A DNA stretch of 64,000 nt, from contig CBDAFG010000092.1 in assembly GCA_965195205.1 (NCBI GenBank), positions 61,419-125,418 on the forward strand, read 5' to 3'. The DNA comes from an uncultured Pelolinea sp. (lineage in GTDB: Bacteria; Chloroflexota; Anaerolineae; Anaerolineales; Anaerolineaceae). The notes under the pieces were generated by a model. The model was not told where the DNA came from, made no database searches, and saw only the letters and a program-made list of their open reading frames with translations. The number at the start of each line of letters is the position of its first letter. Position 1 is the stretch's first letter. This document shows positions 26,726 through 36,222 of the stretch, piece by piece. Made by a program: the position numbers and the translations under genes.

Positions 26726-28705
26726 TTATCTTCCGATAATTTCCAGATAATCCTTGGTGATTTTTTCCTCTGCAGAAACGCCTAGATATTCAATGAGATT
26801 AATTATTAGATCGGATTTTTCCTCAGCATCAATCTGGCTCCATGTCCGCGCTTTAATTTCCAGAAAATAACCTAGTTTAGGCTTGATCAACTCATCAATA
26901 TTGATAAAGAACTCCTCTCCTTCATAGTTCACTAAATAACGCATGCGGTCTTTTTCGATCTCGATTTCACCGGTTGGTTTAAAATACTCCTTATAGAAGC
27001 GCAAACTTTGGCTTGCTGGTGCAAGATATCTACTTCTCGAAAGAAGGACATCTTTTTGAGGATATTGATGTTCACGGGAAGGGCCAATCAATGTGAGGCG
27101 AGATCGAACATGCGATACTGTTCCATCATTTTCAATGAAGTGGTCTTCTCTAAAGCGCAAATTACTCTGTTCTTCATCCGTGAAGTTAAAGTATGTATCA
27201 TATTCATGGTAATGGCGTGTTCGAATTATTTCCAATTCTCCACTCTCAATTTTTTCGATGATCGGAATTGGATTTTTAATTGAGACTTTTGCTTGCACTT
27301 CAAAACTCTCTTCCTTGATTGTTCCGCCGATAGCAATCAATTTGGAAATTACTGATTTTTCGCGTTTCAGAATGAACGCATCAATTTTCTTTGCGTATTC
27401 TTGACTTTGTTTAATAAGGTCTTTCTCGTCCAACCCGGGAATGACCATGTTATTCATTAACCATTTCCCGTTTACCATCACATCTTTCACGTCGGTTGAT
27501 TTTGCAGCGTAAACAATTTGTGAATAAACACCATTCCTGTTATGTCTAAAATATGGACTATTGTGCAGGGTTGAGAGGTCGATTGTAATCAGGTCTGCAC
27601 GTTTTCCTTTTTCAATGGACCCGGTGATGTCCCCGATATGCAGAGCTTCAGCGCCCATGCGAGTAGCCATCTCAAGCGTTTTGTCTGCAGGAATAGCTGT
27701 AGGATCACCACTTGTCCCTTTTGCGAGGAATGTTGCCAGGCGAATTTCTTCAAAGAAATCCAGGTCATTATTTGAAGCGGCTCCATCTGTTCCGATACCC
27801 ACATTTAATCCGATCTCCAGCATGCGTTTCACAGGTGCAAAACCTGATGCAAGTTTTAGGTTGGAGGAAGGGTTGTGGGCAACACCAACATCTGCATGTT
27901 CTAAAGTGCGAATTTCACCTTCGTCAATATGAACGCAGTGGGCTGCGATAGTTTTTGCCTTAAACACTCCCTGTTTTTTAACATAAGGAACTACAGGCAT
28001 TCCTTCCAGTTTGCGCATGTTTTCAACTTCTTCAGCGGTCTCAGAGATATGAATATGAAGAGGAATGTCATTTTCAACGGCCAGATTTGTGCACGCTTCT
28101 AAAATCTCAGGTGGGCAGGTATATGCAGCATGCGGTGCAACGGCAGGTATGATCAGTGGATGATTCTTGTATCGTTCAATCAGACCACGAGTAAGCTCGA
28201 TCGATTCTTCATAGGATTGTGCGTCTGGCGTAGGGAATTTCAAAACAGTTTGAGAGCAAATTGCTCTCAAACCGATTCCTGCTGTAGTTTTTGCAACTAC
28301 TTCTTCGAAATAATACATGTCATTAAAGCAGGTAACACCGGTTCGAATGAATTCCGCGCAGCCAATCTTTGTACCTAGCTCTACGAAATCTTTTGACACA
28401 TATTCTCTTTCCACCGGCATAATATACCCAAGCAACCAGACTTCTAATCGGAGGTCATCAGCTAACCCTCGAAGAAGCGTCATAGGGACATGCGTGTGAG
28501 TATTAACTAACCCGGGCATCAGCACTTTACCACCACAATCGAATGTGGTTTCAGCAACATATTTATTTTCTATTTCTTCCTGCAACCCAACATCTATGAT
28601 TGTGTCACCTTTGATTGCCACTGCACCCGGATCATACTGGTTGAGTAATTTATCCATTGTTAATACGATTGCGTTTGTTAGAATAAGATCAGCTTTTTTA
28701 CCCAT
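26726..28705 (-). CDS. mtaD: 5-methylthioadenosine/S-adenosylhomocysteine deaminase-like amidohydrolase fused to a C-terminal CYTH-like domain
   Basis: Residues 1 to about 450 carry amidohydrolase metal ligands (NTHTHVPM, HISE, AHCVH, GTDGA), as in MtaD. Residues from about 460 to 659 follow the CYTH/CyaB layout: FEVQAKV, EYDTYFNF, NLRFRED, LTLIGPS, IEKDRMRY and LGYFLEIKA. Confidence 0.8.
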   Translation of the reverse strand: MGKKADLILTNAIVLTMDKLLNQYDPGAVAIKGDTIIDVGLQEEIENKYVAETTFDCGGKVLMPGLVNTHTHVPMTLLRGLADDLRLEVWLLGYIMPVEREYVSKDFVELGTKIGCAEFIRTGVTCFNDMYYFEEVVAKTTAGIGLRAICSQTVLKFPTPDAQSYEESIELTRGLIERYKNHPLIIPAVAPHAAYTCPPEILEACTNLAVENDIPLHIHISETAEEVENMRKLEGMPVVPYVKKQGVFKAKTIAAHCVHIDEGEIRTLEHADVGVAHNPSSNLKLASGFAPVKRMLEIGLNVGIGTDGAASNNDLDFFEEIRLATFLAKGTSGDPTAIPADKTLEMATRMGAEALHIGDITGSIEKGKRADLITIDLSTLHNSPYFRHNRNGVYSQIVYAAKSTDVKDVMVNGKWLMNNMVIPGLDEKDLIKQSQEYAKKIDAFILKREKSVISKLIAIGGTIKEESFEVQAKVSIKNPIPIIEKIESGELEIIRTRHYHEYDTYFNFTDEEQSNLRFREDHFIENDGTVSHVRSRLTLIGPSREHQYPQKDVLLSRSRYLAPASQSLRFYKEYFKPTGEIEIEKDRMRYLVNYEGEEFFINIDELIKPKLGYFLEIKARTWSQIDAEEKSDLIINLIEYLGVSAEEKITKDYLEIIGR

Positions 28706-29858
28706 TATTCACCTTTTTCTGAATTATTATTTCCCGAATAGAATTTAATAAATTGTTTTCAATCCACGTATCTGCTAATACGTTATGTCCACCAAAACGG
28801 AGTTCTCTTTTGTTGACAGTTTGACCATAAATTATTGTCAATTGACAATCTGATTTATGATTTGAGCATTCTTTTAAGTATATTGCCATCGTTGGTCGTC
28901 TTGAATTATTGTACAACGAATAATCGGGTTTATTTTCCTGCTGATACATGCTTGAAAATTCCCTGATTTCTTTAAAGATGCCTTTCTTATTCAGGTTGGA
29001 TATCAGACCTGTTTCTTTGGTATCATGGAAAAGAATAACGTGAATTTTTTCTTTTTCAATCAGGCGCGAAACTACGTCATGTAAGGTTTCCTGATCGAAC
29101 CCATAAACATATTTATTGATTTTTTCAAGAATTTTCTTCTCGATTGGAGCGATTAAACTTCTTGCTTGGGATTTGTTGGATGCTTTCGCGGTAACCCTTA
29201 TGTCAACCTGGCCAGGCTTTGCGGTTATTCCAACTGAGGGATTTTCTAATCTTTCACAATCACCAATTAATTCATCTACACGAGACTCACCAATTCCTGC
29301 GGTATGAATGATTCGGGAAATGGTTGTATTTTTTAAATTATAGGTTTTCTTTAAGAGATGAATTATGTTGTTGTTGAGTAGATATTCCATTTCTGCTGGA
29401 ACCCCTGGGAGGCAGATTATGGTTTTATTTTTCTCAGAAATGTAAAAAGCAGGAGCCGTACCCACGGGGTTCTCGATAGGGACAGCATTTTGCGGGATAA
29501 ATGCTTGCTTCTTGTTATTATCCGTAGGGATACGGTTGAAGGCTTTAAACCTGGATTGGATTTGTTCCCAGAGGTGTTCGTGGAAGATCAACTTTTCACC
29601 ATACACATCTGCAACGGCCTGTCTGGTAGGATCATCAACCGTAGGCCCTAATCCACCAGTTGTAATTACAATCTCCGCATGTTTGATGGATTGTTTAATT
29701 TGTTCGGTGATCCTTGCTTGATTATCACCAACCATTGAAGTGTGATATATATCGATGCCTATATAATTTAATGCTTTAGCAATGAATGCTGTATTTGTGT
29801 CTGAAATTTCCCCGAGAAGAAGCTCGGTTCCAATCGCAATGATTTCGGCACTGGGCAT
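28698..29858 (-). CDS. cinA: CinA-family protein (MoCF-binding N-domain; divergent or short C-terminal domain)
   Basis: The N-terminus AEIIAIGTELLLGEISDTNTAFIAKAL and the TTGGLGPTVDD motif are present. In the C-terminal domain, LFHDTKETGL replaces the usual AESCTGG. Confidence 0.8.
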   Translation of the reverse strand: MPSAEIIAIGTELLLGEISDTNTAFIAKALNYIGIDIYHTSMVGDNQARITEQIKQSIKHAEIVITTGGLGPTVDDPTRQAVADVYGEKLIFHEHLWEQIQSRFKAFNRIPTDNNKKQAFIPQNAVPIENPVGTAPAFYISEKNKTIICLPGVPAEMEYLLNNNIIHLLKKTYNLKNTTISRIIHTAGIGESRVDELIGDCERLENPSVGITAKPGQVDIRVTAKASNKSQARSLIAPIEKKILEKINKYVYGFDQETLHDVVSRLIEKEKIHVILFHDTKETGLISNLNKKGIFKEIREFSSMYQQENKPDYSLYNNSRRPTMAIYLKECSNHKSDCQLTIIYGQTVNKRELRFGGHNVLADTWIENNLLNSIREIIIQKKVNNG

Positions 29859-29987
29859 AAAAACCTTTTATTAGATGGAATAATTAAGTTGATGAGTTAG
29901 TCTAACAGGGAATAATTCTTTGTCAAATCATGTTTCTTTGATGATGTGATAAATTTAAGAAGCATATTTTTCTAATGAAGGAACCAT

Positions 29988-30362
29988 ATGGGAAAAATTC
30001 GTCTGACAAAGAAAGAGTTAGGGGATTGGGGGGAACAGATTGCAGTTGATTATTTAATTAGTAACAATATAAAAATTGTTGGCAGAAATATACGAACAAA
30101 TTATGGAGAGATTGATATTCTTGGGCAGAAAGACGGTATTATTATTTTCTTTGAGGTTAAGACAAGACGTACAGAAGAATTTGGTAACCCAGAAGACGCG
30201 GTGAATTACAAAAAAAGAGAACATATGAAAAATTCAGCTCTTGATTTTATGCAATCAAATTTAGATTTGGAAATGGATTGGCGAATAGATGTGATCGCGA
30301 TATTTGTTGGTGAAAAAAATAAATTGCAAATACGGTGGATTAAAAATGCAATCGCTGATTGA
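29988..30362 (+). CDS. yraN: YraN-family endonuclease (UPF0102)
   Basis: Pattern GEQIAVDYL...GEIDILG....IIFFEVKTR is present at about 120 aa. Confidence 0.85.
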   Translation: MGKIRLTKKELGDWGEQIAVDYLISNNIKIVGRNIRTNYGEIDILGQKDGIIIFFEVKTRRTEEFGNPEDAVNYKKREHMKNSALDFMQSNLDLEMDWRIDVIAIFVGEKNKLQIRWIKNAIAD

Positions 30363-31287
30363 GAGACCTTTAATTATTATTGTTGGTCCCACAGCAGTGG
30401 GCAAAACAGAAGTATCAATCAGTTTGGCTGAAGAACTTAATGGGGAAATCATTTCGGCAGATTCGCGATTGTTTTATCGTGGGATGAATATTGGTACCGC
30501 AAAACCATCCTCGGATGATCAAAAACGTGTTAAGCATTATCTTGTTGATGTTGCGAATATTGATGAAACTTGGAGTTTGGCTGTTTTCCAGAAAGCATTA
30601 TATCGAATTGCTGATGAAATTCGAGCAAAGGGGAAGGTTCCTTTTATGGTGGGGGGAACAGGCCAGTATGTGAGAGCCATCATTGAAGGATGGCTGATTC
30701 CATCCCAAGAACCAGATTTAAAATTGCGTGAAAAACTTCAATCATGGGGTTATGCAATAGGTTCTGAAAAACTACATGAAAAATTACAAATACTCGATCC
30801 AGTTGCTGCGGAGAAGATTGATCCACGAAATATGCGGCGGATAATTCGAGCCTGTGAGGTGATCTTATTTACCGGTAGATTATTCTCGACCCAGAGACGC
30901 CGCCAACCAATCGACTTTCAGTATAAGCTCATCGGGTTAATGAGAGACAGGAAGGAACTGTATCAGAGGATTGATGAAAGAATTGAGAACATGTTCAGCG
31001 ATGGATTAATAAAAGAGGTAGAGATGATTCTTAATCGTGGCTTTGATAGTAATTTGCCTTCGTTGTCAGCGATAGGGTACAAAGAAGTAATAGCCTTGTT
31101 GCATGGAGAAATTGACCAAGAGGAAGCAATCCGTTTGATAAAACGACGAACTCGTCAATATGTGAGGAGGCAAGCAAATTGGTTCAAGGAAAGTGATCCG
31201 AAGATAAAATGGTTTAGGATGAGCACTGATGTTAATGAAGAGGTCAAATCTTTCATTCTTTCACCAGATGGATGGCAATATGAATAA
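30346..31287 (+). CDS. miaA: tRNA dimethylallyltransferase
   Basis: P-loop IIIVGPTAVGKT lies immediately after MQSLIERP, and ISADSRLFYRGMNIGTAKP is present. The start at 30346 is preferred over the track start at 30304. Confidence 0.92.
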   Translation: MQSLIERPLIIIVGPTAVGKTEVSISLAEELNGEIISADSRLFYRGMNIGTAKPSSDDQKRVKHYLVDVANIDETWSLAVFQKALYRIADEIRAKGKVPFMVGGTGQYVRAIIEGWLIPSQEPDLKLREKLQSWGYAIGSEKLHEKLQILDPVAAEKIDPRNMRRIIRACEVILFTGRLFSTQRRRQPIDFQYKLIGLMRDRKELYQRIDERIENMFSDGLIKEVEMILNRGFDSNLPSLSAIGYKEVIALLHGEIDQEEAIRLIKRRTRQYVRRQANWFKESDPKIKWFRMSTDVNEEVKSFILSPDGWQYE

Positions 31288-32962
31288 AAATAGACAAACT
31301 ATACAAAAGCCATGGTTAGAAAAATATGATAGCCATGTACCAAAGAAAATTGAGTATCCGCAAAGTACAATCAACACGCTTTTGCTTGACGCACAAAAAA
31401 AATTCCCTGCGCGTATATTTATCCGTTATAAATCAGAAGAATTCACTTATCAGTTCATCGCTCAAAAGATCAATACTTTAGCAAATAATTTACGATATCT
31501 CGGTGTATCAAAAGGTGACCGAGTGGCTGTAATATTACCGAATATTCCGCAATTCATTATCGCTTATTACGCAGTGTTAGCTGTAGGTGGAATTGTTGTG
31601 GCGATGAATCATAGATACACACATACTGAATTGGAATTACTTTTTAATCAATCTGGCGTTGATTATGTGTTCTGTTTAGATTCACACTTGGAATTTATTA
31701 ATTCTATCAACCAAAAATATGAGATCCATGCAGTCATTTTTACCGAAATTAGTGATTATCAATATTTGACCAGAAAAACAGCTAATCAAAACAATGAAAA
31801 CCTATTTAAGAAGGAATTTCATTTTTTAGAACTTATCTCAAAAAACTTTAATTACAAACCAATAGAAAACGAAATTATTTATCCAGATGACCCCGCTATT
31901 TTTCAGTTTAGTGGAGGAACAACAGGAGAACCGAAAGCAGCAGTAGGTTTGCATCGAAATGTTGTCGCTAATGCAATTCAATTTTTCAAGTGGTGCGATC
32001 TAAAAGAAGATAATGAAGAAGTGATCTTAGCTGCCATTCCCTTGTACCACGTGTATGGAATGGTGCTGGGTATGAATATGGGTGTTGCTGTTGGAGCAAA
32101 AATAGTTCTTATTTCAGATCCAACAGATGTGGATTATATCCTTGAACAAATTGAAGAAAACAAGGTAACGTTTTATCCTGGAGTACCCACAATGTATTAC
32201 GCGATCAATAATAATAAAAACGCAAGGGAAGGAAAGCGAAAATTAGATTCAATTAAAGCGTGCATCTCTGGTTCTTTTACGCTTCATCCACAGATCAAAA
32301 AGGAATTTGAGCAATTAACAGGTGGAAAACTAATTGAAGGATATGGTTTATCTGAAGCGCCAACAGCGACTCACTGTAATCCGCTTTATGGAAAAAATAA
32401 AACCGGTTCTATTGGAATGCCGCTCCCTGACGTAGAAGCACGAATAGTAGATTTAGAGGATGGCGAAAAAATCTTATCCTCAGGAGAAATTGGAGAATTA
32501 GTTGTAAAAGGGCCACAGGTTATGGCGGGATACTATCGGCTTCCCAAAGAAACCTCTTTAGCAATTCGCGAAGGTTGGCTTTTTACAGGGGATATTGCAA
32601 GAATGGATGAAGATGGGTATTTCTTTCTGGTTGATAGAAAAAAGTCTTTAATAAAGGTAAATGGTTTACAAGTTTGGCCAAACGAGATTGAGAAAGTGAT
32701 CAGTTCTCATCCGAAAGTTAAGGAATGTGGAATTGGCGGAGTTCCAGATAAAAAACACGGGGAGCGGGTAGTTTGCTGGATTGTACCTGAGAAAGAAAAT
32801 AAAATAAGTAAGCAAGAGATAATTGATTGGTGTAAACCTGAGTTGGTTGGATATAAAATACCTTCGGAGATTATTATTGTAGAAAATATTCCTCGAACAG
32901 GGGTTGGAAAAATCTTGCGGAGGAAATTGATCGCGGATTATTTAGGAAAAAAAGAGGTCTGA
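31280..32962 (+). CDS. long-chain-fatty-acid--CoA ligase (AMP-binding superfamily)
   Basis: Motifs seen: FQFSGGTTGEPKAA (AMP-binding motif I), EGYGLSE, TGDIARMDEDGYFFLVDRKK and a C-terminal GKILRR. The start MNKNRQ at 31280 overlaps the miaA stop. Confidence 0.88.
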   Translation: MNKNRQTIQKPWLEKYDSHVPKKIEYPQSTINTLLLDAQKKFPARIFIRYKSEEFTYQFIAQKINTLANNLRYLGVSKGDRVAVILPNIPQFIIAYYAVLAVGGIVVAMNHRYTHTELELLFNQSGVDYVFCLDSHLEFINSINQKYEIHAVIFTEISDYQYLTRKTANQNNENLFKKEFHFLELISKNFNYKPIENEIIYPDDPAIFQFSGGTTGEPKAAVGLHRNVVANAIQFFKWCDLKEDNEEVILAAIPLYHVYGMVLGMNMGVAVGAKIVLISDPTDVDYILEQIEENKVTFYPGVPTMYYAINNNKNAREGKRKLDSIKACISGSFTLHPQIKKEFEQLTGGKLIEGYGLSEAPTATHCNPLYGKNKTGSIGMPLPDVEARIVDLEDGEKILSSGEIGELVVKGPQVMAGYYRLPKETSLAIREGWLFTGDIARMDEDGYFFLVDRKKSLIKVNGLQVWPNEIEKVISSHPKVKECGIGGVPDKKHGERVVCWIVPEKENKISKQEIIDWCKPELVGYKIPSEIIIVENIPRTGVGKILRRKLIADYLGKKEV

Positions 32963-32984
32963 TTAAAGAAATCAGACCTCTTTT
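32953..32984. terminator. bidirectional intrinsic terminator (acyl-CoA ligase / ftsH)
   Basis: An 11-bp stem agaggtctgat / atcagacctct with a 7-nt loop. It is followed by tttt on the plus strand and by a T-tract on the minus strand (rc of aaaaaaa at 32947-32953). Confidence 0.8.
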
Positions 32985-32989
32985 ATAGA

Positions 32990-34846
32990 TCACGCGGCTA
33001 TCGTAGGTACGCCGCTATTTTTTTTAACTGGAGGTGGAAATATCTTCTCAAAATCCTTTTTTGAAAGAGTTTCTACTTCTAATAACTTGTTTGCTACTTC
33101 GTCCAGTTTTTTTCGATATTTAATAAGAATTTTCTTTGCCTGTTTATAGGAGTCATTAACGATTTTCAGGATTTCATGGTCAATTATTTCTGCAGTCGCT
33201 TCTGAATAATTTCTTTGCTCTCCAAATTCCTTGCCCAGAAATATTAGTTCGTCTTTTTTGCCGTACACCAAAGGCCCTAGATCAGGGCTCATACCAAGTT
33301 GAGTGACCATTTTGCGTGCTAACCTGGTTACTCTTTCCAGATCATTAGCGGCACCGGAGGTGATATCGTTAAAGACAATCTCTTCAGACGCTCGCCCTCC
33401 TAAAAGACCAATAATTTCGGCAATCATTTTGTTCTTTGAGATCAAAACCTGGTCATTTTCTGGAATTGCAATTGTATAACCGGCTGTCATCCCTCTGGAG
33501 ATGATGGATATTTTTTGCACTTTATTAGCTTCTGGCATCGATGACATCACGATTGCATGACCTGCTTCATGGTATGCGATTACGCGTTTTTCTTCTTCAC
33601 TGATTAATCTGCTTTTACGCTCTGGACCTGCGATCACCCGCTCGATCGATTCCTCAAAATTCTTTTGACTGATCTGCTTTTTATTTTGTCGAGCAGCCAG
33701 GATAGCGCCTTCGTTGATGAGATTTTCAATATCCGCACCTACAAATCCTGGGGTCATCTTTGCCAAGACACTCAAGTCGACATCCGGCGCAACTGGCTTT
33801 CCTTTGATATGTACTTTTAAAATTGCCTCTCTGCCGCGTATATCAGGTCTGTCCAAAACAACACGCCTATCAAAGCGGCCGGGCCGCAGAAGGGCAGGGT
33901 CTAAGATATCAGGGCGGTTTGTAGCTGCTATGATTATGACGTTTGTGTCAGTTTCAAAACCATCCATCTCAACAAGCATCTGGTTGAGGGTTTGTTCACG
34001 TTCATCATGACTGCCACCCAATCCTGCGCCACGTTGGCGTCCGACGGCGTCGATTTCATCGATAAAAATAATGCATGGAGCATGTTTTTTTGCCTGCTCA
34101 AATAGATCGCGAACTCGGCTGGCACCTACACCCACAAACATTTCGACAAATTCAGAACCTGAAATGGAAAAGAAAGGTACACCTGCTTCTCCGGAAACAG
34201 CTTTGGCTAATAAGGTTTTTCCTCCACCAGGGGGGCCAACTAATAAAACTCCCTTTGGAATACGTGCGCCTAATGCAATGAATTTTTGGGGTTCTTTTAA
34301 GAACTCTACAATTTCTTGCAGCTCTTCTTTTGATTCGTCTACTCCCGCTACATCAGCAAAAGTTACTTTAGGTTGGTCGCCTGAGAACATTCGCGCGCGT
34401 GATTTGCCGAAAGACATCGCTGCGTTGTTGCCACCCTGGGCCTGCCGAAAAATGAAAAAGAAGGCTGCCCCAACAATAACAAATGGCAAAATATACCCCA
34501 GAAAGGACAGGATATTTAACCAGGGGCTGGGCTGCTTAATTTCAATTGAAATAGAAGATGCATCAAGATCTTCTCCGGTAACTCCATAGGCAACTAATTG
34601 GTCAATCAGAGAAGTGCCGCTTTCCTTCGTTGAAATTCTCTGATCATCATTTGCTAATGTGATAGTAAGGGTATCTTCGTCCTGAACAATTTTAGAAATA
34701 TTGCCGTTTTTTATTTCTGTAGCAACTTCGTTAATTGTCATCAATTCTTGACCGCCATCTTGATTGATATTCATGAATACCATTGCAACGATAGCGATTA
34801 GTATGAGTAAATATACGAAGTTGGTCTGATTACTCGATTTCACCAA
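32990..34846 (-). CDS. ftsH: ATP-dependent zinc metalloprotease FtsH
   Basis: Two N-terminal TM segments are present, with AAA+ Walker A GPPGGGKT, Walker [12 protein letters not shown], and the zinc site HEAGHA. Confidence 0.96.
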   Translation of the reverse strand: MVKSSNQTNFVYLLILIAIVAMVFMNINQDGGQELMTINEVATEIKNGNISKIVQDEDTLTITLANDDQRISTKESGTSLIDQLVAYGVTGEDLDASSISIEIKQPSPWLNILSFLGYILPFVIVGAAFFFIFRQAQGGNNAAMSFGKSRARMFSGDQPKVTFADVAGVDESKEELQEIVEFLKEPQKFIALGARIPKGVLLVGPPGGGKTLLAKAVSGEAGVPFFSISGSEFVEMFVGVGASRVRDLFEQAKKHAPCIIFIDEIDAVGRQRGAGLGGSHDEREQTLNQMLVEMDGFETDTNVIIIAATNRPDILDPALLRPGRFDRRVVLDRPDIRGREAILKVHIKGKPVAPDVDLSVLAKMTPGFVGADIENLINEGAILAARQNKKQISQKNFEESIERVIAGPERKSRLISEEEKRVIAYHEAGHAIVMSSMPEANKVQKISIISRGMTAGYTIAIPENDQVLISKNKMIAEIIGLLGGRASEEIVFNDITSGAANDLERVTRLARKMVTQLGMSPDLGPLVYGKKDELIFLGKEFGEQRNYSEATAEIIDHEILKIVNDSYKQAKKILIKYRKKLDEVANKLLEVETLSKKDFEKIFPPPVKKNSGVPTIAA

Positions 34847-34988
34847 AATCCTCCGATTAAATTAATATTAAAAAATCATCGATTGAAATTATACCAATCA
34901 ATGATTAAGTAATTATTAAAAGGGCTTAGACGGATCGTTTTTAAGGAATTTCTTATAAAAACATCGGATTTTGCAAGTTTTCAATATT

Positions 34989-35552
34989 TTATGTTTGCAC
35001 TCTAGTAACATAATTTCCGGTTCTAGTATCTACTTTGATGGTGTCGCCTTCTTCAACAAAACCTGGTGTGTTTACGATGGCACCTGTTTCTACCGTCACT
35101 CTTTTTGTTACTCCCGTGGCTGTATCACCTCTTACGGAAGAATTTGCTTTTGTAACCAACAGGTTGACGGTTGTGGGTAATTCCACATCTAATGGCTCAT
35201 TTTCAAAGAACGTAAGTTTTACTTCAGTACCCTCTTTAAGGAAAACAGTCTGCTCCCCAATCACATCTTTTGATATGGCGGGTTGTTCAAAGGTTTCCAT
35301 ATCCATAAAATAATATAGGTCTCCATCTGGATATAGGAATTGAACATTACGATATTCTAAGCGTACATCCTGAACGCGCTCACTTGAACTGAATGTTTTG
35401 TCGATTGTTGCGCCTGTCCTCAAATTACGCGCTTTTATCCGAATTGTCGCGGCACCCCGCCCGGGTTTATGGTGCTGGTAATCTAGAACTTTGAATAAAT
35501 CCTTGTCAATGAGGAATGTGACGCCTTTGCGCAGTTCGTTTGTATCGATCAT
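34989..35552 (-). CDS. efp: translation elongation factor P (Arg at loop position 32)
   Basis: The 187-aa product has the HHKPGRGAATIRIK loop and a C-terminal GDTIKVDTRTGNYVTR. Confidence 0.95.
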   Translation of the reverse strand: MIDTNELRKGVTFLIDKDLFKVLDYQHHKPGRGAATIRIKARNLRTGATIDKTFSSSERVQDVRLEYRNVQFLYPDGDLYYFMDMETFEQPAISKDVIGEQTVFLKEGTEVKLTFFENEPLDVELPTTVNLLVTKANSSVRGDTATGVTKRVTVETGAIVNTPGFVEEGDTIKVDTRTGNYVTRVQT

Positions 35553-35586
35553 ATAGAATCCTTTTCACTTAAAAAACACCTTGAAT

Positions 35587-35616
35587 ATTATAGCCGACCA
35601 AAATATATTATTGCAA
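35587..35616 (-). promoter_or_regulatory. sigma70-type promoter for efp
   Basis: On the minus strand: TTGCAA (35611-35616), an 18-nt spacer, then TATAAT (35587-35592), about 35 nt upstream of the efp ATG. Confidence 0.5.
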
Positions 35617-35622
35617 GTAAAA

Positions 35623-35650
35623 AATAAGCGGAGATTTTTCTCCGCTTATT
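35623..35650 (-). terminator. intrinsic terminator downstream of hpf
   Basis: Stem aataagcggaga / tctccgcttatt with a tttt loop. On the minus strand it is followed by TTTT. Confidence 0.75.
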
Positions 35651-35655
35651 GATTG

Positions 35656-36210
35656 TTACACTATTTCAGGCTCAATTAAACCATAACTTCCGTCTCTTCG
35701 TTTATATAAGACGTTGATCGCGTTTGTATTGGCATTGAAGAAAATAAAGAAGTCTTCATGTCCAAGTAAATTCATTTGTTCAATTGCTTCTAACTCATCC
35801 ATTGGAATAAGCCCGAATTTTTTACGACGGACGATTAATGGTTTTTCTTGCTCGTCTTTTACTTCTTTTAGTAATACAGAGGCAGGGGTTGCATCGTTTC
35901 GGCTTCTGTATTTTTTTCCTTTATACCTCTCGATTTGCCGTTCAATTTTATCTAAGACTTGGTCTATAGCAGTTTTTATGTCGGATGATCTTTCCTCAGC
36001 TCGCAAGATAAATCCACGGCCACGTAGAGTTATTTGTGCGACAAAACGATTTGCGGGTTTTCGCGCTGTTTTTACGAAGGCAAGATCAATTCTTTTTTCG
36101 TCAATCTGTTTGAGGTAGCGATCCAGCCGAGATGTTTTTTTCTCAATATAGTTTTCAATATCTTGAGAAAGTTCCAGGTTTTTTACAAAAATATCAATTT
36201 TTGAGCTCAT
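35656..36210 (-). CDS. hpf: ribosome hibernation promoting factor, long form
   Basis: An N-terminal S30AE/YfiA domain (IENYIEKKTSRLDRYL) is joined to a C-terminal dimerisation domain (KKFGLIPMDELEAIEQMNLLGHEDFFIFFN). Confidence 0.9.
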   Translation of the reverse strand: MSSKIDIFVKNLELSQDIENYIEKKTSRLDRYLKQIDEKRIDLAFVKTARKPANRFVAQITLRGRGFILRAEERSSDIKTAIDQVLDKIERQIERYKGKKYRSRNDATPASVLLKEVKDEQEKPLIVRRKKFGLIPMDELEAIEQMNLLGHEDFFIFFNANTNAINVLYKRRDGSYGLIEPEIV

Positions 36211-36222
36211 GCGGTCTCCTTT

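Noticed and set aside
2142-36118. Numerous 60-170-aa track ORFs lying antisense to or out of frame within long conserved genes (for example 1862..2224, 3066..3371, 7149..7484, 10228..10578, 13911..14276, 27561..27932, 34071..34589, 35714..36118)
   Set aside because: Each is fully embedded in a longer ORF with clear family motifs on the other strand or frame, and shows biased low-complexity composition. They are shadow ORFs.
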